From NCBI RefSeq assembly GCF_032191835.1, contig NC_083237.1:23560001-23624000 (forward strand): DNA of 64,000 nucleotides, written 5' to 3'. The notes below the pieces were generated by a model that was not told where the DNA came from, searched no databases, and saw only the letters and a list, made by a program, of their open reading frames with translations. Source of the DNA: Heteronotia binoei. Taxonomy: Eukaryota. Below are positions 54,601-64,000 of this stretch, in pieces (position 1 is the stretch's first letter; every line of letters starts with the position of its first letter). The position numbers were made by a program, and so were the translations under genes.

Positions 54601-57600
54601 TGCCTGGCATAGCTTGTGTTTACCCAGCTCCCCTGCTAACCCTTTAGCTCTCAGATAGGATGAGTGTGTTCTTGTGATTCTGCACAAGGATAGATTCAGG
54701 AATTGTCATCTTGAGAGAACTGGATTTTTCTTTAAGAGAATATGCAAGTGCACAAGTTTCTAGTCTTTCACGGCTATGAAAAATAGAGATAGATGCCTTG
54801 TGAGATTTCAGGACCTGGTGAGGACTTGTGCGCCTCAGTGACCTGCAAAGTATCTTGCTGTCCTTTCATGAATGGTTGAAAAAGCATAATAAATGGAAAT
54901 GTGCTTGGTTTGCATAACTGTAGAATGCATCTTTTCTTGATGCAAATGTTACAGCACCTTGGGGGAGGATTTTTTAAAAATATATTTATTTTCAGCACTG
55001 ATCCAGTGTGGTATGGGGGGTTACAGTGGCAGAGTAGGATCTGGGAGACCCAGGTTTGAATCTCCAGTGGCCTAGACATTTGCTGACTGAGAGTAGGTCG
55101 GTCTCACATACACAGCCTAACCTACCTCACAGGGCTGTTGTGAGGTTAAAATGGGGAAAAGTGAAACACTAGTGAAAAGGGCATGGTAAGGGCTTTCAGA
55201 CTAAACCAACCTTCCCATGTATTTTTCCGTTTCCTCCTATGAAACTCTGCTATAGAGCCTGTTGGGGCTTCCCCTGTATACATCTTTCTTCCCATATCTT
55301 CTCTCCTGTCTGCCATTCCCACACAACCCTTCTTTCCCTCTTTCCATACGTGTCCATGGGGGTCCAATGTATTGTTGGTGAGCTTCAGCCGGTGGAAGGA
55401 TACAGGTTGGCGCATCCAGTGTGCCCCTGATGCAGGTGAGTCGGGGTGGATGTAGACCCGGTCTGGGGGCGGCAGTTCAGCCTTGCCACTGGCTTCCCAC
55501 CGCTTGCCGTGCCACTTGTATCGGGAGCCGCCTACTGGGACTACGTCCACCAGCATCAAATACTTGGCCTCGGGATCCAGTCCGGTTACTGAAACTTTAA
55601 GCTGTGGAAACATCCGCCTAGAAAGTTCATGGAAAAACAGGGTCAGGAAATTCTAACTAGGGAGAAGTTGAGGTAGAATGAGGGAAGAGCAAGACAGACA
55701 CTTTTTGTTTCTCTTTCCTGTTGAAATTATTTTTCACATTTGAGGCTAACAGTTCAGGTTAATGAAACCATAACAAGGGCAAACTGTGTCCACCAAGTAC
55801 AATGTGTGACATCCATCTTGTTTAAGGAAAAAAGGTACTCTTAATACTCCCTCTAAGCTGTGGAGTCTTGTGAGCAAAAAATGTTCTTTGTGGGCTGCTG
55901 ACATTAAAATTGTGATCTACTGCATAAATTATTGTGTTCTGGAGTCATCCTTCCTGAGCTAAGATAAAAATATGTGAGCTGGAGGCAAAAAAACTGTGAG
56001 CTAGCTCACACTAACTCAGCTTAGAAGGAACAGTGCTCTTGATGCTTTCATATATTTGGCCCTCAGACCTCTTGAAGGCATTGGAAGAAAATTAAAATTC
56101 CCCCCATGCTGCCTAACATGGTTGAACTTCTGTGCAGGACGATGGAAACCTGCAAAATGCCCACATTAAGCTGACTGGGACAGAGGAGGTACCCGTTCTT
56201 TAATTTCTCTGTGCTTTAATTTCTTAGGGGCAAGTCCCCATTATTTTAATTTATTAAATTTTTGAATCACCCAGTCCCTGCTACTACAAGGCTTTGGGTG
56301 ATGCACAACATTTGATAAAAACATCAGAGCCTATAAAATAAAAAACATAAACAACGCTAGTACAAAAAAGCTAAGAGAATCAGATGATGAATTACATATT
56401 ACTTCTCATTCTGGACTGCCGCCTGCCAGCCACCTTGTGGGCAGGGGGAAAAGAGGAACAGAGCAAGTCTGGAGAGCAAGGGGAGGGCGCCAGCCAGAGT
56501 AGAAGCCATTGCTGTCCTCAACCAACCAAAGGCCTGGCAGAACATCTCTGCTTTACAGGCCCTGCAGAATTGCATAAGGTTCTACAGGGCACTGATGATG
56601 ATGATGAAGAATTAGATTTGATTGATTGCTCCATACTGGCCAAGGCCAGGCTCTGAGCAGTGTACATCGGATGGTGTTAGGCAGAAAGTTCCACCAGGTT
56701 GGAAAGTTCCATCTTTAACTTTTTCTGCTAAGGAGCTTTCCAACTATGGTTGACAACCTGCTCTGTGGCAGCAAACCGGCTGCTCACTCCTTGAGCATCC
56801 AACTTAGTCTCACCCCTCTCTTCCCTTATTTCAAAACATTGCAGGTGCTGTTATATTAAATAATTACTAGAGTGGGAAAGACAGACACTCCCCCACCCAC
56901 CCCCAGCTGCACAAATATATAGCTGTCCATGTGTATGGGGTCCAGGCCTAAACATGAAAGATCTCTTTATGAGATCTCTAGGTAATTTTCCTGGGTTTCA
57001 TTAAATGTTTCTGGGTAGCACTTTAATTTTAAAAAGAGAATGTGTTGCAGCATTATGGCAATTCCTGGCTGTGGTTACTCAGGGATGAAATAAATCTGAA
57101 TACATTCAGAACCTCTTTCTCTACCTGTTCCATAGCTGGTGCTGCCTGGCACAGGGAGAGGGCTCTGTGGCAGAGCCCTGACTCAAGATATGTTCTCTTC
57201 CTCCCTCCTTTCTGCATCATATCTCACCTGCCTGCCTTGGTGATGATCATCTCTGTGCCAATGCCGCTGAACCGCTTCCAAAGCTCCCCATTCTCCAGGC
57301 TCATTCGTACTCCAGAGGGGATGCGTGCGTTTGGTGGGGGACCTGGTGGCAGAGCCTGACTAGGCCCATAGGAGAGGCCAGGAGCCGGGGGCAGGAGGCG
57401 CCCTGAAGGCTCCAGGCTGGGGAAGAAGCTGTCCAGCTTGGGGCCAGTGTCGAGGTCTAGGAAAAGAGCAAGATAAAACAAAGGCAAGAAGAAAGAAAGT
57501 TAATATGATAGAGGGATATTTCTTGAGGTGAGTGTGTGTGTGGGGGGGGGGCTACAGTCAGGGCTGAGAAGCATCCTAGAGGAATTTATCACCCTTCTGT

Positions 57601-58670
57601 TGGTTTCCGCTCAGTCTCACCCCCCCCCCCCAAACCTCGTCTCCTGACCAGTTGGTCTCTGTCAGGTGCTAAAAGTCCAGATGACTTGGGGGCTGGGGGG
57701 TGGGAAGGGTAAACCACTGAATTTCTGTGATTTTGGCAGCCTTGTTATCCCAGTCCTGGCTTCCCACTGATCTGTCCAAAACCAACAACTGTTTTCCCTC
57801 TTTTGGGTACCGCTGTGGTCCATCCTTTTGGTTTGTTCCAGCCTCTGCCTGGCTGTCAACCATCATCTTGCTTGTTCAAATTAAATTCCCTTCTTTTTCC
57901 CAAGCACAAAGCAGCCCCAGCTGTTGTCCTCTCCAACCTTTCCTGTCATTCCAGGAGTTCTGCTTCCTGGTGTCGTTTTGGCTCAGATCTCTCCCCGCCT
58001 TGGTAAACCAAGGAGTCCCAGCTGCAACCCTCCTTCTCACATTTGCTAGGCATCACTGTGTTCTTAAAGAAATCAAAAGACTTGTGCTCCCTCTAAGCTG
58101 TCTTGTGAGCAAAAATTCTACTTTGTGAGCTACTGGCATTAAAGTTGTGAGCAACAGCATAAATTAGTTTGTTCTGGAGCTAAGACAAAAATGTGTGATC
58201 TGGAAGCTAAAAAACTGTGAGTTAGCTCACACTAACTCAGCTTAGAGGGAACATTGCTTGCAGCTCCTTCCTTCTCCATTCTCAGACCCTTTGAACCATT
58301 CCAGGAAATCTCAGTCTTCCTAGCGTTCCTTCTGTATAGAATTTTTATTATATTCTTTTCTCATATGAAAAAAATTCTAGTCTCTTTTCTCCATGCATCT
58401 CCCAGCCTATTGCTCTCATACACTCAATCCCATTTATCTAAAAGATTGCCCAGCATGTCTAGTTCCCAGCCATTCTTCTGCATACATCTCTCGTCAGCCC
58501 CCCCCCTCCCAATCTCCCACTACTCCACCACATCCCAGTTTCTCACCTGGATATCTGAAGGCTTCGTATTGGGGTGCCTGACTCTGGGTATACCCAGCTC
58601 CTGGAGGTGGGGGAGGTCGCAGAGGGTAGGAGCCCCCATACTGTGAAAACATCTCTGAAGGGTGATACAT
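42361..58670 (-). CDS. TBX6: T-box transcription factor TBX6, 452 aa
   Basis: complement(join(58547-58670,57228-57456,55350-55617,53648-53791,46044-46114,45792-45859,43846-44050,42361-42610)) = 1359 nt, all GT-AG, frame consistent. TBX6-like landmarks [49 protein letters not shown], terminal GSQPPML. Syntenic after PPP4C. Confidence 0.93.
43846..44050 (-). CDS. TBX6: TBX6 coding exon 7
   Basis: [10 protein letters not shown]...[14 protein letters not shown]...PYS. Confidence 0.88.
44889..45147 (-). repeat. Copy B of the ~256-bp inverted duplication (TBX6 intron 7)
   Basis: Reverse complement of 37441-37696; abuts a hAT MITE (~44500-44888) that lacks its terminal TIR. Confidence 0.9.
45340..45605 (-). 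mobile_element. tRNA-derived SINE (Squam3/MIR-like)
   Basis: Reverse complement of the 36806-37085 family. Confidence 0.75.
45792..45859 (-). CDS. TBX6: TBX6 coding exon 6
   Basis: [22 protein letters not shown]; atatag acceptor, gtaaga donor. Confidence 0.88.
46044..46114 (-). CDS. TBX6: TBX6 coding exon 5
   Basis: [23 protein letters not shown]; 71 nt. Confidence 0.95.
46194..46383. mobile_element. hAT-type MITE with 8-bp TSD TATAAAAT
   Basis: TIRs cagggatttttt / aaaaagccctg; exact TSD at 46186-46193 and 46384-46391. Confidence 0.85.
47869..48197 (+). mobile_element. Penelope-like element terminal (pLTR) fragment, 329 bp, with 9-bp TSD AATCCCCAG
   Basis: Duplicated aatccccag at 47860-47868 and 48198-48206; AT-rich; carries the CTGATGAAG...CGAAACGCGTC motif typical of Penelope pLTRs. 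Confidence 0.65.
47939..47979 (+). ncRNA. Type I (minimal, Penelope-type) hammerhead ribozyme motif
   Basis: Stem I AUAAUA/UAUUAU; core CUGAUGA 47945-47951; short stem II GG-GAAA-CC; GAAA 47964-47967; palindromic stem III ACGCGU; GUC cleavage triplet 47971-47973. Confidence 0.7.
48707..49608. mobile_element. 902-bp non-autonomous hAT element nested in Gypsy pol, 8-bp TSD CTCCAGTG
   Basis: TSD at 48699-48706 and 49609-49616; ends TAGGGTTGC...GAAGCCTA; removing it restores [17 protein letters not shown]. Confidence 0.92.
52232..52509 (+). repeat. Gypsy 3' LTR (278 bp)
   Basis: Begins TGT directly after [16 protein letters not shown]; AATAAA at 52463-52468; ends TTACA. Confidence 0.8.
52834..53336. 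mobile_element. Full-length TAGGGTTGCCA hAT MITE (~500 bp)
   Basis: TIRs tagggttgc / gcaacccta; degenerate 8-bp TSD (gttacaat / gctacagc). Related copies or fragments at ~13100-13270, 17370-17540, 47030-47200, 47520-47770, 52565-52780 and 61980-62460. Confidence 0.8.
53648..53791 (-). CDS. TBX6: TBX6 coding exon 4
   Basis: [16 protein letters not shown]...[16 protein letters not shown]. Confidence 0.95.
53840..54590 (-). mobile_element. CR1 LINE 3' fragment
   Basis: Minus-strand ORF 54228-54485 (YKIMHG...TRTRGH..KL...[14 protein letters not shown]) is the CR1 ORF2 C-terminus. Confidence 0.9.
53902..54167. mobile_element. Fully palindromic 266-bp MITE (Harbinger-like, apparent 3-bp TSD TCT) nested in CR1
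   Basis: Arms of about 125 bp with roughly 10 mismatches; flanked by tct 53899-53901 and 54168-54170; CR1 is colinear once it is removed. Confidence 0.8.
55350..55617 (-). CDS. TBX6: TBX6 coding exon 3 (T-box core)
   Basis: [15 protein letters not shown]...[12 protein letters not shown]; 268 nt. Confidence 0.95.
57228..57456 (-). CDS. TBX6: TBX6 coding exon 2
   Basis: [11 protein letters not shown]...[23 protein letters not shown]. Confidence 0.93.
58547..58670 (-). CDS. TBX6: TBX6 coding exon 1
   Basis: [13 protein letters not shown]...EAFRYP; donor gtgaga. Confidence 0.88.
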
Positions 58671-58999
58671 GGGTTGGTAAAGGGAGCCTGGGAGCCAGGC
58701 CTCTTCGGTTTTCTGGGAAGGGAGTGGGGATCTTGTGAAGTAGGACAGATGAAGTTGGGAGCCAGGGCTTCTGCCTTTGGTGGGTAGGCAGGGAGAGGTT
58801 CTATGGGCCTGGCGAAAGTGGTAGGGCACCTGGAGGGCAGTGAGGTACAGAAGCCAGGAGGGAGGGGAGGGGAGGGGAGGCTGTTGGGGTAGAGCCGGGT
58901 CGAGGGGCTGAGACGCAGGTCTCCTTGGTTCTGTCTCCTGCCGCAAGACTGGGTTGCTTCCACCTCCGGATCTTTTTCTCTCCCTGAGGAGCCCCTGGC

Positions 59000-59070
59000 T
59001 GAGGCTGTATTTATGATTCCGCCAAGACTCTTTGAAGTGAGACCCCAAATGGCACATTCACACCTCCAGG
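59000..59070 (-). promoter_or_regulatory. TBX6: Candidate TBX6 proximal promoter
   Basis: TATA-like CATAAA (minus strand, 59010-59015), TCF/LEF CTTTGAA 59030-59036, T-box half-site TCACACCT 59058-59065. Confidence 0.5.
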
Positions 59071-60349
59071 AGGGAGGGGTTTGGGGCTGGAAGCAGGGAA
59101 ACTGGAGCACAGAAGTCACAGGGACATGTATTTGCTGTCCCAGGATGTCCTCTCCCTACACACCCTCCAGCTATTTCTATCAGGGTCCCTCTATTTTATC
59201 CCTCTCCCACCTTTCCTGGTATTTCAGCCTTGACCTGCCTTTCCTTCATTCAAAAAAGTTGTCTCCAGCCTTAGTTCTCCAAAGATCCCTTTGTAACCCC
59301 CCCTCCCACCATTCTGATGCCAAAGGACCTTCCTGTGGTCCACACAGTCATCTCTCCCACTCCATCTCAGACTTCATTAAGAGTCTTGGCCCAGTCCCTT
59401 TCTGTGCCCACCACTTGAATCCTCCTAATTGCCTAATTAACACTTTGCCTCCAAAGTTTCCTGATTGATCCTGACCTATGAGGTCCCTGGTTTACAAGTG
59501 GGTGAGGGGGGAGGTGCCATGGTCATTTGTCATCCAGATGTTTTTGCAGCTGGGCTGGACAGCTGCGGGATCCTGAGAGTGAAGGAATCCAGTGAATTAT
59601 TCTGGGACCCTAATTGTGGCTAATGGCTGGGTTCTTTGTAGCCTCATAACACAACTGATTTTTATATATTATATAAATTTGTCACAGTAGTTCTAACTGA
59701 TAATGCTAACTGAGTGTGATAAAATGCTGTGAAAAGTAGAGTAGTTATTGATGCTGTTGTGTGAGTGTGTAATGCCGTTTATGCCAAGGCCATATACTTG
59801 CCTATACAGAATGCATATTATGCCACTTGAAGTATTAAGACTTGTAGGAGTCTCTTCAGCCAGCAGGATTGTGTTTATTCCTCACTTTTAAAAAAGTTTT
59901 GTAACTTCAGATTATGTTCTGTGATGACCTAAATTTTGCAGCCTGAATAACTTACACACATTTTCCTGTCCTTTGCATTAAGCCTCCTGCTTCTTCTAGC
60001 TGCGACTGAGAGCAGAAGGGCACCCACTCTCTCGCTACTGGAAATCCTTCCATCTTTGGAAAGACTGTCCATGCTTCCAAGTCTTTCTGTAGCTTTAACA
60101 GCTACAGAAAAAGAAATAACAGAATTTTGATTCTAAGGTTGCTAAATCCTGCACTCTTATCAGTTTCTCCACTTTGTCAGCCATGCCACACAACTTGCAG
60201 CTCAGATAATCAGTGTTATCACACCAACAAGAGAACTTCCGCTTTTGTATGTCAGATGGAGTATGTCTGTAGCTCCTCTCCACCTGTGTATCCATAAGGA
60301 AAAATACTACCACTGTTTTTCTCTCTCCTTAAGTTACAACTTAACTGCC

Positions 60350-60640
60350 CTATGGCGCAAAGTGTTAAAGCTGCAGTACTGCAGTCCTAAGCTCTGCTCA
60401 TGACCTGAGTTAGATCCCCGGCGGTAGCTGGGTTTTCAGATAGCGGGCTCGAGGTTGACTCAGCCTTCCATCCGTCCGAGGTCGGTAAAATGAGTATTCA
60501 GCTTGCTGGGGGGAAAGTGTAGAGGACTGGGGAAGGCAATGGCAAACCACCCCGTTAAAAAGTCTGCCGTGAAAACGTTGTGAAAGCAACATCACCCCAG
60601 AATCGGAAACGACTGGTGCTTGAACAGGGGGCCTTTCCTA
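60350..60640 (+). mobile_element. Sauria SINE
   Basis: tRNA-like head plus BovB-type tail (ggggaaggcaatggcaaaccac...). Confidence 0.75.
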
Positions 60641-63316
60641 AGTTACAACATGTATATAGAGATCAGACACTTTCTTCTTTGACCAGGCTTCTATGCACTC
60701 TAGTGACTGGCTGCATTTGAGTTTGCCTTCCTGGGTTGCGACCACACACACTAAATAATGCACTTTCCAACTGGATTTTAGTGTGTGAACTGGCAAAATC
60801 CAGTTGGAAAATGCATTGAAAATGGATTGAAAGTGCAATTATTTAGTGTGTGTAATTGCAGCATTTGTTAGCTTATCTACAAGTAATTTCCTTTTACCTG
60901 TTTGTTTTGATACCTGCAGTTTCTGACTTAGAAAAAAAATGCACCCACTCCCAAGGGATGACCCTGAAGTGTGCAGTCTCTCCTCCTCCCCTTCCCCCAC
61001 AAGCTTATATGAGTCTTTTGTGGAACCAACATTTGTTGGGGGAACTTCATGAAGCTGTAAAAGAAAGAGCTGACAAAACTGATTTGAGTCCTTGTTTTCT
61101 TAAATGTTGTTTCTTTTAAGGAAAAACTGGGTTTATAGGAACTGTGTGCATTTTCGAATTCTGACAAGAAAAGTTAGAAGTGGGATGCCTGATTTCTCTC
61201 CTTCTGCCGGGCAGTATGGAGCGAAGACAATATAGCCCTATGACTCATGTTATATAAAGTCCTCAGGGTATGATACCTGAGCACCCTCATGAGCTCTTTA
61301 TAAACTCATGAAAAAGGGAGATTATATTCCTCCAAACTGAGTCCCCCCTTCTCTTGCTGCTCCCTGGCGCAAGCAGGGGTGGAATCCTCCAAGAGCTTAG
61401 GGGGCTCTTCGTACAGGGCCTACTGTAAGCTCCAGGAGGATTGGCTACATCAGGGGTGTGTGGCCTAATATGCAAAGTAGCTTCTGCAAGAATTCCACCC
61501 CTGGCCATGCAGGTATCCTTGGGGTGGAAATTTTAGTCACGGAGTAAGGAAGTGGTGGATGGCTCTTTCCTTTAGATCTTAAATCAAGATGCAGAGTGTG
61601 GAAAGCATATTTATTTAGTTATCTCCTCTATTTGGCATATAGCCAGAGGACCTAGCCAACAATGAAAAATATTTTCTAGGGTACCTGTGGATTTCAAGAT
61701 TGCTCTGAAATCAAGCAGATTTCTCGAAAGCTCCCTCATGATGAGGGGGAGAAACCAGCTCTCAGTTGAGTTCCACTCACAATGTGCCTTTTCCCCCTTC
61801 CCTTCCTTTGCTCATCCTGTCTTAATCTAACAAGTGCTGATGTCTGACCTGGACTGGGTGTCACACACACATCTTCTTGCCCAGTCATATGTATTAGGAG
61901 GATGATGAGCTAGCCTCCTTGTGGACACACAATTTTTGAAAGAAACACATACCTAGTAATCAAAGATACACTGCTCCTAAGGGTTGTAAATCTCTAGTTG
62001 GGGGCAGAGGATCCCCCAGTTTGGAGGTCCTTCCCTGCTTTAGGGTCATCAGAAAGAGGGGGGGAATGTCTGCTGGGCACTCCATTATTCCCTATGGAGA
62101 CCGATTCCCGTAGAGTACGAGGGAAAATTGATCCGTGGGTATCTGAGGCTCCAGAGGGGCTGTTTTTTGAGATAGAGGCACCAAAATATCAGCATAACAT
62201 CTGGTGCCTCTCCTCAAACCCCCCCCCCCCCAAGTTTCAAAAACAGTAGACCAGGAGGTCCAATTCTATGAGCCCCCAAAGAAGGTGCCCCTATCTTCCA
62301 TTATTTCCTCTGGAAGAAAGGCATTTAAAAGGAGCACAGACCCTTTAAATGTGATTGCCAGCTCTCTTTTTGGAGTTGAATAGTGCTTGTCACACCCTTG
62401 CTCCTGGCTCCGCCCCCAAAATCCCCAGATATTTCTTGAGTTGGACTTGGTAACCCTAACTACCCCTGAATATGGAAGTTCCACTTTATGGAAAAGTGCT
62501 TAACATCTTGCTGGCAGCTGTTGGAGAACAGAAAAGTGGACTGGATGGGTTTGGGGTCTGATCCAGCAAGGCAGTTCCTATTTTTAAAACTCTTAATTGT
62601 TGAAATAAGATGAAGAAATAGGACCTTTTGTCTGCTGAGCTAGAAAGTGTGTGTGTTTATGGCAACTTCACAAACAATTCAATGGCCATTCATTTTTATC
62701 ATGTGATTTATGAAAATCTCCTTTAAAGGTGGAAGAGGTTATTCTCATCTTTACTAGTGATTGCTTGAAAGAATATAGCATATTTTAACTCTCACAAGCA
62801 GACGGCAGGTGGAACACTTGAGCACTGTAGGACAAAACAACTGTTTCACAGCTGAGGCCACCTTTGAGGATGTGTGTACTTGTACATCTGATGATTCTGG
62901 GGCTGGCAGGACCTCTGGCTAAGCACTTAAGAGGCAGGAAAGAAAACTTCGTCTGTATAAGCCAGCTGAGCCCTTGTTCTCACCCCTTCCTGCAATACAC
63001 TCTGCACCTTTTTAATCCTCTGGGATTTGAGATTTCTGTATCCTTTGAGGGAATGCCAGAGTTTTGGATGGCATTAGTACTGGGGACAAGCTCAAAAGGG
63101 CAAGAGAGTGAAATTTACATGGGGTGAAATCTTTGATGAAGAGGTGGACAGATCTTTAGATAAATTCAATAGATCAGGTAGAAGGGACTCTGCCTCTGGG
63201 CTTTAAGCCTTCTATGAGGAAGGAGACTTACTGTGCTGAAACCTTCAAGAGGTACTGCCACTATGTGGTAGGACCAGGAGCTTCTGCATCTGAAGCTGCT
63301 GAAGAATTACTAACCT

Positions 63317-63497
63317 CAGGGCTTTTTTCATAGCAGGAACTTCTTTGCATATTAGGCCACACCCCCTGATATAGATAATCCTCCTGGAGCTAACAGTAGG
63401 CCCTGTACTAAGAGCCCTGTAAGCTTTTGGAGGATTGGCTACATCAGGGGTATGTGGCCTAATATGCAAAGGAGTTCCTGATGCAAAAAAAGCCCTG
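63317..63497. mobile_element. Palindromic hAT MITE with 8-bp TSD ACTAACCT
   Basis: TIRs cagggcttttt / aaaaagccctg; exact TSD at 63309-63316 and 63498-63505. Confidence 0.9.
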
Positions 63498-64000
63498 ACT
63501 AACCTCAAGGTGAGCAAACCCATATGCATAATCTGCTTTTCATTTATTTATTTATGTCAAACATTTATATGCCACCTTTCCATCCAGGTAGGGCCCCTGC
63601 AGCTCCCTTCAGCTGAGAATGGGGCCTTAGCAAGTGTGGAAATCTGCTGTCCGATACAGCAACAGGTGGAAGAGGTGCAAGGGGCTGTTTTTTCAGACTT
63701 CCTTAGGCCCAGGCTCATTTCCTATTGTGAGATCTTGAGAAGAGATACAACATACACAAAGGTCTGGCCAGTGGAATAATCAGGAGTGATTATTGCCCTG
63801 GCTACTTACCTTGAGAACCCTATGAGGTTACCATCAGCACTTCACACACACACACACAAGCCTGGGGTTGGCTAATAAATCCCTAATTGACAGAGTCTTT
63901 TATTGGTAACAGCAACCCCTGCTGTAAGAAACAATGTATCACTCCAGTGCTTTTATTTATATATATATATATATAATACACACTCTCACAAAGTCACAAA

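Noticed and set aside
58494-59119. Long minus-strand ORFs (187 and 199 aa) as a TBX6 N-terminal extension
   Set aside because: Similarity to TBX6 starts at MYHP (58670); the upstream part crosses the likely intron, 5' UTR and promoter.
59100-64000. YPEL3 or other expected neighbour genes; Cys-containing ORF 60095-60313
   Set aside because: No Yippee-domain or other recognisable exon found; the region is mostly SINE and MITE copies plus unique non-coding DNA.

Overview
Vertebrate genomic DNA from a squamate reptile, probably a gecko (judged from Sauria-type and Squam3-like SINEs, CR1/L2 LINEs and TAGGGTTGCCA/CAGGGGTGGCC hAT MITEs). The window is syntenic with the human 16p11.2 ALDOA-PPP4C-TBX6 block. 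Five intact spliced genes were rebuilt by hand from splice signals and reading frame. (1) + strand: an uncharacterised 138-aa single-pass membrane protein with a 22-Cys tail (1765-5251). (2) + strand: a 246-aa SH2-SH3-SH3 adaptor of the CRK family that appears to be neither CRK nor CRKL (10469-12221, one GC-AG intron). (3) + strand: ALDOA, 364 aa, with several candidate alternative first exons. (4) + strand: PPP4C, 307 aa. (5) - strand: TBX6, 452 aa, tail-to-tail with PPP4C. TBX6 intron 5 holds a nested transposon pile: a decayed 5'-truncated Gypsy element with PPT and 3' LTR, a hAT element inserted in its pol gene with an exact 8-bp TSD, and a Penelope-like fragment with an intact type I hammerhead ribozyme core. 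Main leads: the apparent third CRK-family ohnologue (absent from the human locus as I recall it) with rewired regulatory tyrosines; the hammerhead motif; and a ~256-bp inverted duplication shared by the phase-1 introns 7 of PPP4C and TBX6. No tRNA, rRNA or CRISPR features. Comparisons with human genes are from memory and need database confirmation.
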